From positions 15,602,784 to 15,666,783 of the forward strand of contig CM121341.1 in the NCBI GenBank assembly GCA_051530055.1: a stretch of 64,000 bases of DNA, read 5' to 3'. Below, piece after piece: positions 1 to 12,284 of this stretch. Positions within the stretch are counted from its first letter, which is position 1; every line of letters starts with the position of its first letter. The notes under the pieces were generated by a model. The model made no database searches. It was given only the letters and a program-made list of their open reading frames with translations, and was not told where the DNA came from. The stretch is from Neoechinorhynchus agilis (taxonomy: Eukaryota > Animalia > Acanthocephala). Made by a program: the position numbers and the translations under genes.

Positions 1-495
1 GACCAAATCACGACGAAGCAGAAATCGAGATATTGTTAAACGAAAACATAATCGAATCGAGCCAGTCTCCCAAAAGGGTAACGTAGTTTTTTCTACAAAT
101 AGCAAAGGAAAGTCACGACTGGCCAGACGGTAAATAGCTATACAGCATTAGATGCATACCCACTCCCTCGGATCGATGCTCTTGTCCAAACGGTTTCGAA
201 ATATAAATTCTATAACAAGGTAGATTTGAAGGCAGTATATCATCAACTTTAATTATAGTCTTTTTATTGCCTTCGAAGCAAATGGAAAATTATACCATTT
301 CCTCAGGGTACCATTCGGTCTCATTAACGGACCAGCAGTTTTTAAGTAAGCGATCGATCAGATTATATAAAATGCGAGCCAAGATGTTTTCGCGCATCTC
401 AATGATATCGTAGTTTGCGGAAACACCATTGAGGAACACGATGTTAATATGTATCGATTCCTAAATGTAACCAGAACAAGTGGAATAAATTGAGC
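1..495 (+). mobile_element. Ty3/Gypsy reverse transcriptase remnant (degenerate, runs off window start)
   Basis: Broken frames give IESSQSP, ALDAYPLPRIDALV, KVDLKAVYHQL, VPFGLINGPAVF and HLNDIVVCG (YxDD-like); several stops and frameshifts. Confidence 0.75.
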
Positions 496-714
496 TGATG
501 TGGGTCCTTTATTCCACTTTCACAACACGCTTACACTCAATGTTTTTGCAATTTAACATTCCAGTGGAAGGTGGCGAAGTGCCACCGCCAAATTCAATGC
601 CTCCAGATCCTCCAAATGAAGATGTGGGTGTTGTCGGCGAAGATAAAGGGGCTCCTGTCTCTCCTGTCGATAACGGCATGTCTGTTCGTCCTTCCAATTC
701 TCTTCGCATCTCCC

Positions 715-3175
715 TGCCCTCTGATCACATTTCCCTCCATTCTTTTCACTAACATAAGAAGTCTGTTACATAAAATAGATCATATTTCGCTTTTAGTCAC
801 TACCATCAACGCAGATTCCGACATCGCCTTGAACCTTGCTACACTTCTTTTCACTCTTACAGCGACGAACGCGTGGGAGGTGGTCTCCGTTTCATTCGGT
901 CCGACCTCCCTTACTCCTCTCCAATTCAACTCGTTACCAATCACCATACTTAGAGTACATCTGCATAACACTCGCCAAAACTTCGTTCAGGCCGCCGCAA
1001 TTTAACCATTATCGGTATTTATCGTTTTCCCTCAGTCAATCTACAAATGGCATCACAGGAGATTGATGCAATGATAGCAGATTTTCATTCTCTTGATCTT
1101 GAACATCTAATCATTCTTGGTGATGTCAATAATCTTCCTACATCACTATCTCTCCTTGACTTCGCAAAGTTAGCAAAATTTCCCACCCGCCAGAACTCAC
1201 ATCGTGATAAAATCTTTTCTAACTTCCACAAAGACAAGGGTGCTAAAAACTAATTCCAATCTCTTCCCCAGAACCATTGCGCAATAATCCTTTCTCCCTC
1301 CGCTCCTCCTCAACGTGTCCGGTCATCCTCCTTTACGGTCTGGGATAAGAGTGATCAACACATATTCACATTTACCAAATTAGTCTCGTGTAATCTATCT
1401 TCACACAGAAAATCTATTTTTCACCCGAAGTCCCCTTTGAAAATGCCCCAAATAAAAGCAATTAGTTTATACCACGCATGCTATCCTGATTTTCCTCGCC
1501 TTCAATCCACTCTTGCGCATCACATTCTCAATTCGCGCACGACCTTTCTTGCACATAAACTCGCATCCGGTTTGAAAACACGAAAAACGCCCTATGTATC
1601 GAAAGGCAAAACCCCTTCTCTAACTTCTCAAACTCCGACCTCATTGCTACACTAAATCCTATCAATGCGCAACTTTGTGGCTCTCACTCAGCTTCTATCG
1701 CTTGACCCCCAATGATTTCCACGTATGATATCCTCATGCTCCTTCGGAAACTACCACGCAAATCATCCTCTAACTCTCCCATTCCCAACTGGGCTCTACG
1801 CTTTATTATAGCAGATTTAATTGATCCATTTACCCATATAATCAACCAAAGTTTCAAGACCGGCATCTTACCTAATTGCCTTAAAACAGCTCGGGTAACC
1901 CAGCTCTCGAAAGCAGCTAAACTTATATCCACCTCAAGTTTTCGACCGCAGGTCTTCTGATGATCGGCATTAGAGAGATGTTTTAAAGCACACTTTCTGC
2001 CAATCTTCAATCGAAAAATTGCACTTATTCAATTCGGTTTCCATACCAAATTTTCTGCAACCGATGCCCTACTTTGCATTTATGACACGCTTCTACGTAA
2101 CCTCGAGACGTCACCCGTCTCATTCAACTGGACTTACCGAAAGCATTCGATTCCATGGACCATTCACTCCTTCTCCGGGCCTGCTCCGATTTTGCTCTCA
2201 AATTGTGACTGATCCGCTGGCTCGAATCTTATCTTCACAATCGCAAACAATACATTCACTGCCGTTCTACGCTTCGAATCCTTAAATCCGCAACAATTTA
2301 CCTTTATTGATATTCAGTACCACATCAACTGCAATTCCGCCATCCTTCCCGGTATTCTTCCTTCCATAAAGGCGTACCTCAAAGTGCCGTCCCGTCACCA
2401 CTTCTCGTTAGTATTTTCCTAAACGACCTCGAACCTCTCTCATCACACTCTAAGCTTCACTTATATGCAGACGATCTCACCCTCATCACCCAATCACCAT
2501 CCCACCTTTCCCTCTCCTTAACATCGAACGAAATCACACATAAACGATTTCTGCACCAATCACAGACTACCTCAACTTCTTTAAATGCTTCGAAACGGTC
2601 CCCTCAATCTCCCGCAGCCTCATATCCTACCCCGATCCTTAAATGGGACTCGCACATTACACTTTCCCTCAAGCGTAATAGCTTTACCATTTACTTCCTC
2701 AAACGCCTCCGCCATTTCGGATTCAAATCACACGCTCTCTCCGAATTTCACAACAGCAATATTTCACCCTCTCTCACCTTTGGTCATCTCGTCTTTTGCA
2801 ACCTGTCCACATCACAAACCCCGTCGCTTTAAAATGCTTCATAGAAAAGCTTCTAAAATTTGCACAGTTGATTTTCCTCAGGCTCACCGAATGCCTTTAT
2901 AAAAATTTCAAAAATCAATCAAAACGCCTCTTAACCTTGCCACCATAATTTTTACCACATTTTATTCCCCGTTCCAATTCCTTTCATCCTTCTATATCTC
3001 GCACCTCCTTCTACCACAGCTCCTTTTACAATAATGCCCAATCTTCTCAGATATCCTAACCGAGATGAATTGTAGGAAAGGTACAACCTAGCAAATTCCC
3101 CTATAAACATTAACCACATACTTTCCCACCCGACTGCATTCTCGAACAGCACAACTCCGCACGCCATTATTTAAT
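715..3175 (+). mobile_element. L2/CR1-like LINE ORF2 remnant (APE endonuclease + RT + 3' end)
   Basis: FPSILFTNIRSL (APE start), IILGDVN, DPFTHIINQSFKTGILP, VPQSAVPSPLL, LHLYADDLT and terminal FSNSTTPHAII; many frameshifts. Clade assignment is approximate. Confidence 0.8.
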
Positions 3176-3297
3176 CGCAAAAATATATGGTCTAAAAATT
3201 GTTATATGTCAACGCTAGTTATTATATCAATTGCAAATGTTCTAGAAATTGTAAAGAAATTATTCATTGTAGTTTCAGTTTCGCCAATTGAAACTGT

Positions 3298-4559
3298 TTT
3301 AGAAATCAAAAACGATTTTTAAGTTTGTTCCATTAACGCTTATTTGCCCAATTGATTTCATTTTTAAGAACGGGGCGTTAAATAGTACGAAAATTGGATT
3401 GTTTGACACGTCCAATAGTGTTGAACTTTTTAATTCAGACAGATCTTTCGAAGGTACCGAATGAAGTCCATTATTTGAAAGGCTAAGGAAAATTAAGTTG
3501 TTCAAACCACGAAAAGAATTTTCATTGTCCATATCGTTAAACTTGTTATGACTAAGATCCAACGCGATTAGTTTTCTCAAACGGGCAAAGGTGCCACGAA
3601 GTATGTTTTCGATTTGGTTGACTTAGAAATTTTAGGTCTCCGAGGCCGATAAAGTCATAACGATCAACATGTGAGATTTCGTTGTGGCTCATATCAATTG
3701 ATCTGACGGGCGTGTATCCATCAAAATCTATTGCGACAGCCTTAAATTTTCCCGTCCAGCTTTCAGAAAATATGACCTGCTTTGTATTGAACGCATCTTG
3801 ACTTGGCTTGAAAGCTATAAAGGATACCTATTAGCTTGAAGATATCGGCTAGATTACCCGAATTCGAAAATTCCACAGAGCGCATATTATCCTGTTAATA
3901 TAAAATGATTTAAGTGATTGCCATACACGCTGACTTCTTCAAGCTTTGTTAAGATTGAACCGTCACTGAATTTTGCATTCTCGATGAGATTGTTGGACAC
4001 ATCGAGAGTTTTCAAATTACCCATTTTTGCGATTATCTCAAAACTATCGTCCTTCAAACGATTGTTGGAAAGGATGAGAGTATGCAATTGCGGCAAATGG
4101 GCATTCATTCTTAAGCCTAGCCGGTATATCTCATTTTCCTTTAAATTAAGTTCCTCGAGATTGTGAAATCCCTGAAATGCGTCATCTTCGATCCTTTTTA
4201 TCAGCCCGTTTTGGATGCGAAGCTTTTTGAGATGTTTGAACCTTCTCATTACAGATTTGGTCAGAGTTGACAGTTCATTGCATTGTACGTCTGTCTTAAA
4301 AACGAACGCGTCATTGTGAGGAATAATAAAAGCCAAATCGATTGGAATCTCGTTCAAATGTGCACCTTCAACTATAATACATGATAAGGTCAATTAGCGG
4401 TGATCCGATAATTCCCGTTCCACAATAAATGAAAATTTTATAACCTTTGTTGGCACCGAACTGAGCACATTGATGTTCCACTTCGTCGCCATTGACCAAT
4501 GCAGATAGCAATAAATATGTTACCAATGTGCTCGACAAGAAGGAACGCGTCGAGAACAT
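3298..4559 (-). pseudogene. Secreted LRR protein, pseudogene copy A
   Basis: Near-identical to intact ORF 52255-54186, but has a 29-bp deletion at 4380/4381, an 8-bp deletion near 3621, a ~108-bp inversion (3722-3830) and a ~625-bp deletion. Confidence 0.9.
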
Positions 4560-5089
4560 TGCTCTTAGTTAAGAAGATTTCTTCAAAAATGCCCAGGTAC
4601 TTATGGTAATGGTATGAGGTGAGTAACTCCTTTAGCAATGCGTTATCTTTAGAATTCTAAGAAATACACGTTACTTTTTGTGAAGAACTCCGTAGTGGTA
4701 AATGAACCTACGATGTCAAAAAATTGTACAATCCGTCACGCCTTTTGAAACCTATGTAAATGATCAGTTGGTAGATTGTCGACTGATTTTTCAACGCATG
4801 TTATTCTTTTCGATTGCCCTTATTTAAGCAAGTTAAGCAATTTAGCTTGCTTTCAGTCGACAATTCACCAACTGTTCAACATGCAATTGAGCAAACCGAT
4901 TTTGGTCGACAAAAAATAAATTTATTTTCAATCGACAAACTTGCTCAAATAAGTCCAATCTTTGTAAATCAAGGATCGAATCGTGCTCGAAATTCGTATT
5001 ACTGTCCATTATGACCTGTCGTTTTATCCTGCATGACAAGTTGAAGAGTCTGCGAGTATAGCCAATTACGAAAACATTACGAACCAAGA

Positions 5090-5927
5090 AGCATTTATGC
5101 ACGATCAAGTCATTTCAAAACGGCAAGATAAGGCAATTGAGGATGTCAAAAATGCGCTGTCCAATGCTCAAGTACTCATACCGTACGATGGCAAGAGTCC
5201 AATACGCTTCATGTGCGGCGCTTGCGAAAAGGGTCTAGGTGCTATTTTACTTCAGAAAGATACCGAAGAAGAGTGCAGACCGGTCGCTTATTGCTCGAGG
5301 ACTCTCCGACCAGCCGAACAAAAGTTTACCCAGATTGAACGTGAAGCATTGGCACTGGTGTACAGCGTGACAAAGTTTAATTTTTACCTGATGGGACGCG
5401 CCTTCACGTTGGTGAGTGACCATAAACCCTTACAATTAATTTTCGGAGAAAATCGGAACTTAAAAAAGACTTCAAACCACAGACTATTACGCTGGGCGAT
5501 TGTCTTGTCCCAGTACAATTATCAGTTAGTTCACATTGACGGTAAGAAAAATGCAATGGCAGACGTACTATCGAGGTTTAGTTCAAGAACGGGAGACAGT
5601 CCAAAAAGTATTGACCTCAAAGAAACGACGCAAAATGAAATATCTGAGGTCTTGACATTATCATTGCAATCTTTGAAAATCGCAACTGGAACAGACTCCG
5701 AATTATGTATGGTGAGAAAGTATGTCGAAACGAATTGGCCCAACAAGATCCTCAGCGCGTTTCATCTTTATACGGCAACAAATTGCACGATACGTCATCA
5801 GCCAATCGACTCATCAATTTTACCCAGATCTTCTCATTGTTAAATGCATTGGATCAAATGGAATCCAACATGGACGAGTTACACCCTGCCATCCTAAGTC
5901 AAATGGACTGGCAGAACGGATGGTGCG
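5090..5927 (+). mobile_element. Ty3/Gypsy RNase H and integrase remnant
   Basis: GLGAILLQ, RPVAYCSRTL, YSxIEREALA-like FTQIEREALALV, LVSDHKPL, HIDGKKNAMADVLSR, then PCHPKSNGLAERMVR. Confidence 0.9.
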
Positions 5928-6055
5928 TGTGATATTGAGCGTCGCAATCGACCGATCGATAGTTGCGGTTTCAAGTGTGCGCACGTTCGTTTTGTTATTT
6001 CGTTTCGTTGGCTCAATAAAACCTAGTTCAGGTCTAGTTCAGGCATATATTATAA
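5928..6055 (+). mobile_element. Short LTR (~130 bp), 3' CA missing
   Basis: Starts TGTGATATTGAG and has AATAAA ~30 nt before its end. The sister copy at 56822-56951 has complete TG...CA termini. Confidence 0.7.
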
Positions 6056-6489
6056 AAACCCCGATCTCACAAAATCCGCCCAATCCAATATTGTTTATCG
6101 CTCAAATTACGATTACCCTATCTTCATCGTAAACAATGCCACAAAGAGGACCCAAAGGTACATGAGTCCAACTCTTGTTATCTAACAAACAAATAAACGT
6201 GTTATTATTATAAGGTGTTTATCATAGTAGATTTTGCGGCTTACGAGTTATAGATGACGTTTTTCATATCAGCCTACTAATCTGACTTAAATTTGTACTT
6301 CTCGCCTTTCCTCAATTCACTCATAAAATGCACGTCCACTTAGCAAAGCTTTTTAATTTAAAACTATTTAGTTGTATAGTCGGAGCTGAAAGGCTCGACG
6401 ACATTATGATCAACTTCTCAAAATGTTTGTATTTCTAGTGCCCACATCAAAAAATTAAAAAAAGCAACTATTGACCCCGTTTCGTTCAT

Positions 6490-7581
6490 TTACCGCTTAG
6501 CCACCCGTTTGCTTCGTCTAAAATTATTGCACTAAGCTATTAAGAATTCGCGAGCAATCATTGTCTTACCTTTTTCTTGGCTTTCGTTTTAGCACTTTAG
6601 TCACCACCGCCATTTTTCGTCTTTGAAGCTCCTTATGCTTCTCATGCAGCAAATCGTTATCCACCTCTAGAGTCCGAAGACATCCGCTCACTTCTTGAAA
6701 AGTTCTGTAATCAAATCGGGAAAGCTTTTCCGCGTTCCTAAGGCGAAGTGTCTTCAATTTTCTACGAATAAGTCGTTCATCTCTTTTATCTTCCTCATTC
6801 TCGATCTCCGAACAAATTTGCTTTATCCTATTCAGGTCAGCAAGGTTTTTCTTTGCTATCTTTTCTCGTTCATGCCTCCTCATCTCCAATAACGCCAACC
6901 TTCTTCGGAATTTCTTCTTTTCCGTCTTCGGTTTCGGTCTTGGTTTTGCCTGCTGTACCTCAGTTGTCTCTCCTTAACTCGAGTCTCCTTCCAGTTCCTT
7001 CTTATTAGTCGTACGGTCCAACCCTTCCCTCATTTCTTCAACAAACGTTTCCCAACTTCTCTGTTTCATCTTTTTGGACCATTTCCGAACTCTCTCCAAC
7101 TCTTTCTCAGCCTTTAATTCCTTCCGACCGATCCTACTTAAATAATTGTGGTTCAATACCGCATCAGGATTATAAGAAAATCCATCGTGCATGCGTACGT
7201 CGCCTTCTTCGATGATGAACCACCATTTTCCGAGAACGAAAATGCACAAAGTGGTCCATTACCTTTTAATTTCAATTTATCGGAAAATCTTTTCAAAACT
7301 TTCGATGACTTGCTTTGCCACAAGTCACATTTGGCAGATGCGATTCCAGCGAGCAGTTTTCTACTGGTTGGCTTGAATTTGGGCATTACGGGTCGCGGAA
7401 CTGTAGTAATTAATGGCACCTGAACTGCCAATGACTTCTCCTGCGCCACAAAATCTGGCACTTCAATCTTACGCCGGTTCTTACGACGATGCTTCACTAA
7501 TTTCTGCTTCATTGAATTCAAATTCTGAAAGGTTTTTATTAGAGGAAGAAACATATTTTGTTGGAAAGACACCAATGCCAC
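6490..7581 (-). pseudogene. NOP53: NOP53 duplicate, pseudogene
   Basis: Copy of 19002-20111 with a GAA>TAA nonsense change (6974-6976) and an 18-bp in-frame deletion near 7356. Confidence 0.8.
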
Positions 7582-8101
7582 ATATTTAAATCACTCACCT
7601 ATCCCTAGCAGCTAAGATCGCACCTCAAGCTAATAAAGCAAACTTTGAACGACTTAAGAATAGCTTATGTGTTTGAGTAGTTTAATATTGATGCTATAAA
7701 TGGCGTTAACTTACTGATTGGTTACGCACACATCAGATTGAAAAGTCAATAACGATGTTCTTAAATAATTCGTAGAAGCTACAAAAATCTTATAATAAGG
7801 CATGGATGATAAAAAGGTGCATCATTGGCTTCACGTTTAAAGACTAATTAACTTCTAAAAGAATTGTAAGCAATTTTTACATAGCGATTATTAGGACAGA
7901 TCAATACATTAAATTTTAATCCACTGGACTAAGCTATTTTTAATGAATAGCATTTGTTATTTTTTGCTCACTACAACTTTGGATTATATAACGAAATCGA
8001 ACTTTAAACGGTTTCAAAAATATTTCGATGAACCCGGTGTTTCCTTGCAGTCAATGTTGAATTTGCTCAAAACCGCAAATGATCTAAACTTTAATAATCG
8101 T

Positions 8102-8700
8102 TGGGAACGGCTGTTTAGGTGGGATGCTCAACAAGGAAATGGGTTGAAGGGGCGAGATGGGTGTCAAGTCTGGTGAAGTTGTGGTTGCATGTTCATCTAG
8201 GGTGCAAGTGGATTGTTCAAGGACGACCGAATTTTTTTTGGGTTGGACCTCTGACAGAGTGAAAGTTAAGTTAGGTATGGCTGTGGTGTCTTTGTTTGAG
8301 TCACTGAGCCGGGTTTCTGTGGTGACTAGTATGTCTGAGGTGTGACGATTTTCTGATAAGGGATGGAAAACAGTTGTATGTCTAATTTCTGCCAAGGAAC
8401 AGCGGGTTCCTTTGGAGGTATCCAAAAATTTATGGCAGGAGAAGGTGTGTGTTGAACGGGCGATAACTTATTTATTGACTGTCGTGCTGGAAATATCCGG
8501 TAAGGGAGAGTTGGTTGGCCTTGTACGGAAACAGGTCACGCTCTTTGTCATTAATTAGATGTGAAATTAACGGGCTGCTGGGAGCTGGTAAGGGATCCTT
8601 GACAGTAGTTTGGTTGTGTTTTGGAATATACTCAGTTGAGTGGGTAGTGTTGTGACGGGTGAAACGGGAGGAAAGAGATCGGGGTGGTGGAATGATTCTG
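8102..8700 (-). mobile_element. L2/CR1-like LINE APE endonuclease remnant
   Basis: DILVTTETRLSD (ITETWL-like motif) in ORF 8084-8425; C-rich composition on the minus strand like the element at 0.7-3.2 kb. Confidence 0.55.
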
Positions 8701-8759
8701 GTGATGAGCCGTTGTTTGGCATTAGATCGGGAGAAATCTGTTAGATGGCTTCTGTTGTG

Positions 8760-9130
8760 ATGTTCAAAGGCACGGTAGAAGGTGATGTTTCGAGGTTAGC
8801 GTCGATCGCGGTCGAAAGTGCCCTGTTGACAAGTCCAAAAGGCATTCCAAACGGTATTCGATCTGGTGCAAATTTGATCAGCAGCTTGGCGCAGCCGAAC
8901 CCACAGATAAAGAACGGGCAAGGCTCTGGGATGTGCGTTGGGGCGATGAGGGTTGTTATCGAACACCCTTAGCACGAGCAGGTGCTCCTATTAGAGGCAG
9001 GGTTACGGGACTTTTACCAGCCATGAAGGTGAGCGCGGCGATGAAGATTTAATTGTATCGCCAATTGTTTTCGACTTTGGAGGACGTTCACGCGAGAGAG
9101 GATAATGATTCATAGTGTACCACATGACTG
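8760..9130 (-). mobile_element. Ty3/Gypsy RT remnant
   Basis: Minus strand gives SSPRSPSWLVK (SPW-like) and FGMPFGLVN; highly decayed. Confidence 0.4.
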
Positions 9131-9329
9131 TAATAGCGTTCCATCATCAAGGGGGGTATACTCAAGTTCTCTTTTACAGCTCTGGTTGCTAAGCTCTCCA
9201 GCTTTATTCTATAGTTTAGTCTACTTGGAGCAGTATACGGAACAAAGTTGGGACCAAAGCTTAGGATTTCCAGTACTTCACTAGGAAGTACAAAGTTCGA
9301 AATATTTTTACGACATCCTTAGTATGATC

Positions 9330-10560
9330 CGATGGAAGGAAAAACCTCCCATGTGTGAGACGACTAATTTTCCGACACTGACGGTTGTAGATGAATTTTG
9401 AATTGAATGCTGCGAAGAGCGAGATTTTAGTGATGAACGTGGAACCCCCGGGATAGAGCTGATGACTTTAGACCGGTTGAGTCTTCTAGGAAGTTGCATT
9501 TTTGGTTCTAATGTCGAAGCAGCGATTGCCAATCTTCAACCGCAACTTTCGGTACTGTGCGAACGAGTTGATGAATTATCTTCACATGAGGCTCTTTTCC
9601 TGATCAAGAACACCATTTTCATTCCAAAACTGCACCTTTTTAGACATAAAGATAAGCCGGCAAAATTAGACGAGACGGTGATAGCCTATCTCGAGAAAAC
9701 TTTAAATACTCAGCTGCAACACAAGGCCTGGCGTCAAGCGTCCTTGCCTTTATCGTCCGACGGTTTGGGTATCCGCAAAGCAGCTGATATTTCTCTGCCA
9801 GCTTATTTGGGATCGTATGAAGCAGGTCGCTTAGTAGTTAAATCCGTTCTGTGCGAGAATTACACTTTGGATGAAGATTTCATGGAGGCGCTTAATCTTT
9901 GGTGTGGAGATTCAGGCAGCGAACAGGTAGCCGTGCGTGACGAGACAGTAAGGATTGCACTGAGGCTTGGGGTACCGATGTGCACATCCCATCGCTGCCG
10001 TTGCGGAGCGACCGCCATGGTATCGTCCTTCGGCAATCAGGCGAATGGTACTCACGCTATTCCGAAATGAACGCAATTGTTAGTCGTGTCCTGAATACTG
10101 TGAATGCGCCCAACATCCTAGAGCCTAGCAATATTTGCCGACTCGATGGCCGTAGGCCGGACGGTGTCCCAGCATTCCCGTGGGGATAAATAAAATGCCT
10201 TCTCTGGGACGCCACGTTCGTGGACACGCTCGCAACCAGGGGGAGTTGCAACCGCCGCGAACGCAAAAGGACAAAATACAGGGACCTGAGTCGGAATCAT
10301 TATTTTGTTCCCTTTAGTGTCGAGACGCTCGGGTCATTTGGTACTGCGGCACAGGACCGTGTTAAGCAATTGTCTAAGAGATTGAGATGAATCACTGGCG
10401 ATCAGAGGGCAGGAGCATTCCTTCTGTAAAACATAAGTCTGGCTGTGCAACGAGGGAACACTGCATCAGTCCTTTCGACCGTTACACCAGGACGGCAGAT
10501 GAGTGATCCAGAGCGGTGATGTGAGGTAATCAAAGTAAAATAATAAAGCAACTAGGTTTG
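9330..10560 (+). mobile_element. CRE-like (RLE-type) non-LTR retrotransposon, 3' part
   Basis: LSLLGSCIFG, WRQASLPLSSDGLGIRKA, IALRLGVPMCTSHRCRCG (CCHC), RLDGRRPDG..FPWG (PD-D/ExK endonuclease) and SLAVQRGNTASVL; frameshifts and stops. Confidence 0.8.
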
Positions 10561-11477
10561 GAAAAAAATAATAAATTATTTTTATTCCGCATTGGAGTCC
10601 ATGAATATTTTAATTTTCTACAATTTTTCAAAATAGACATCGACCTCATTTTGAATATCATAGAGTGTTTGCCCATTTAAATAATATTCTGAGATGTAAG
10701 CGTTTCTTCTTCAAAGACGATCCTCAACGAACGTGTTGCTTTCAAACCTCAGGTCTTACTACTGTCGCCGAGCTTTTTTCCTGGCAAATCAAAAAATGGT
10801 GAAAAAGTTAACTTCTGGGATTCACCTATCAGTGTATGCGGTAAATATAACGGTGCTCATCATTCAAATGACGGTCCCTATTTCGATTAATTGTAATCGA
10901 TTTTTTACTAGGGATTTCAACGATTTGACTTGCCAGGCGGTGAGACCAGCATGTATCAAGGAGAAGATTTTGATCGATGGAGTCAAATGCTTTATGAATG
11001 TCGACTTGGATGAGTCGAGAGATAAATAAAAGACGTGCATCGAGATTATGAAGAAGAGAATCGAAGATAAGAAAAGCCTGACCAGAAACTGAATTGAATG
11101 GGTGAAATTTTTCGATTGAAGATTGGCAGAAGGTGTGCTTTAAAGCATCTAGAAAAGGAATTTAGACATTTTGTAAAATATTCCTCGCCTTGATGGAAGA
11201 CAATATCTTAGAAGAAATTTCAATCTTGGCGAAAAGCAGCAATCGCCTGGATAAAATCTGTATATTTTTATGAGGTTATTTATGCAATGTGCTCAGAACG
11301 CTTTCTAGGTTTCATTTTAAACGTCAGTAGCATAGATTTCCTTCCCATCAAAGACCGTCGCTTTGACCTAAAGGCCCAATAAGCTCTGAACGGTTTCTAT
11401 GGGAAGCAACCACTCGATAATAAAGAATATTTTTCTTAACGAATAGATGAGCTTTATTAATTATGCTGCTTCGTTCC

Positions 11478-12026
11478 TTAACCTTTCTTTTTGGATCTTT
11501 GCTTTCCGAAAGTAAAGAGTCCGACAATCGCTGCTCCCAATAATCCAGCGGCTCCAAATGTAAGTGCGGTAGTAGATAGTTCACGAAATTTCATTTCTTC
11601 GATTTCATTTTTAAGCTCAATTGCGTCCTTGTTTTGAGGATTGATTTCGAGAATGGAATCAACTAATCGGATGGCTTTCTCCGGAAATCCGAGTTTAGCT
11701 TCAGCGATTGCCATGTAGAGCAAATACTTACCAGTTAAACTGTCATCATGACTTTCATTATATAATGAACGAATGAGTTCATTTCCCCGTTTGATTAGTT
11801 CAGGTTTCTTTTTCGGTTGAAGAATAAGGGCAGAAGCGTAGTTGAACGTCGCGGATGATCCAGCTAAACCATTGTAACGATGCAACTCCTCTTCGTAAGC
11901 CGCCTTAAATGACCGAAAAGTCAAATCGTCAATTTCACAGTCCAAACGCTGAAGCATCCGTGATTCTAGACTTATTTCCGCGTATGAACTGCAATCACAT
12001 TTCTTCCGGCGAATAAGCGTCATCAC
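11478..12026 (-). CDS. FIS1: Mitochondrial fission protein 1 (probable start ATG 11957)
   Basis: TFNYASALI, TPR-like YLLYMAIAEAKLG...VDSILEINPQNKDAIEL, C-terminal TM (FGAAGLLGAAIVGLF) and basic tail KQRSKKKG. Confidence 0.85.
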   Translation of the reverse strand: MMTLIRRKKCDCSSYAEISLESRMLQRLDCEIDDLTFRSFKAAYEEELHRYNGLAGSSATFNYASALILQPKKKPELIKRGNELIRSLYNESHDDSLTGKYLLYMAIAEAKLGFPEKAIRLVDSILEINPQNKDAIELKNEIEEMKFRELSTTALTFGAAGLLGAAIVGLFTFGKQRSKKKG

Positions 12027-12284
12027 AACTGAAATGGGAATTATGGTTTCTCGTATAAAAAGTCCAGCAGCACAATCGAGTAATTATTTTTTTCAAAAGC
12101 TAACTTTGGATAGCTCACTTAGGCCTGCTGTATAATTCCCAGTCGATATCTACGAGCAAATGATTTCGTATTTCAAGGAACTAAATATAGGAAATATTTT
12201 CTGCTCGCGTGGCACCATTTTATTAATCATCTCGTCTATTTCAATTTTCATACGTAAAAGCCACCTATATACATTCCGATGTGT

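Larger units (their letters stand above)
3840..8101 (+). repeat. Direct segmental duplication, copy A (partner ~16350-20630)
   Basis: Paired ORFs at constant offset 12,512 (4368/16880, 5097/17609, 6566/19078, 7148/19660). Homology ends at ...ctttaataatcgtt (8101 vs ~20631). Confidence 0.95.

Noticed and set aside
9140-9310. Polypurine tract (aagggggg) followed by an LTR
   Set aside because: No TG...CA termini and no second copy in the window.
10733-11160. ORF 10733-11029 as a host gene
   Set aside because: It has only faint APE-like strings (LLSNLRS, RDFND) next to a ~50-bp LINE fragment at ~11105-11150; more likely TE debris.
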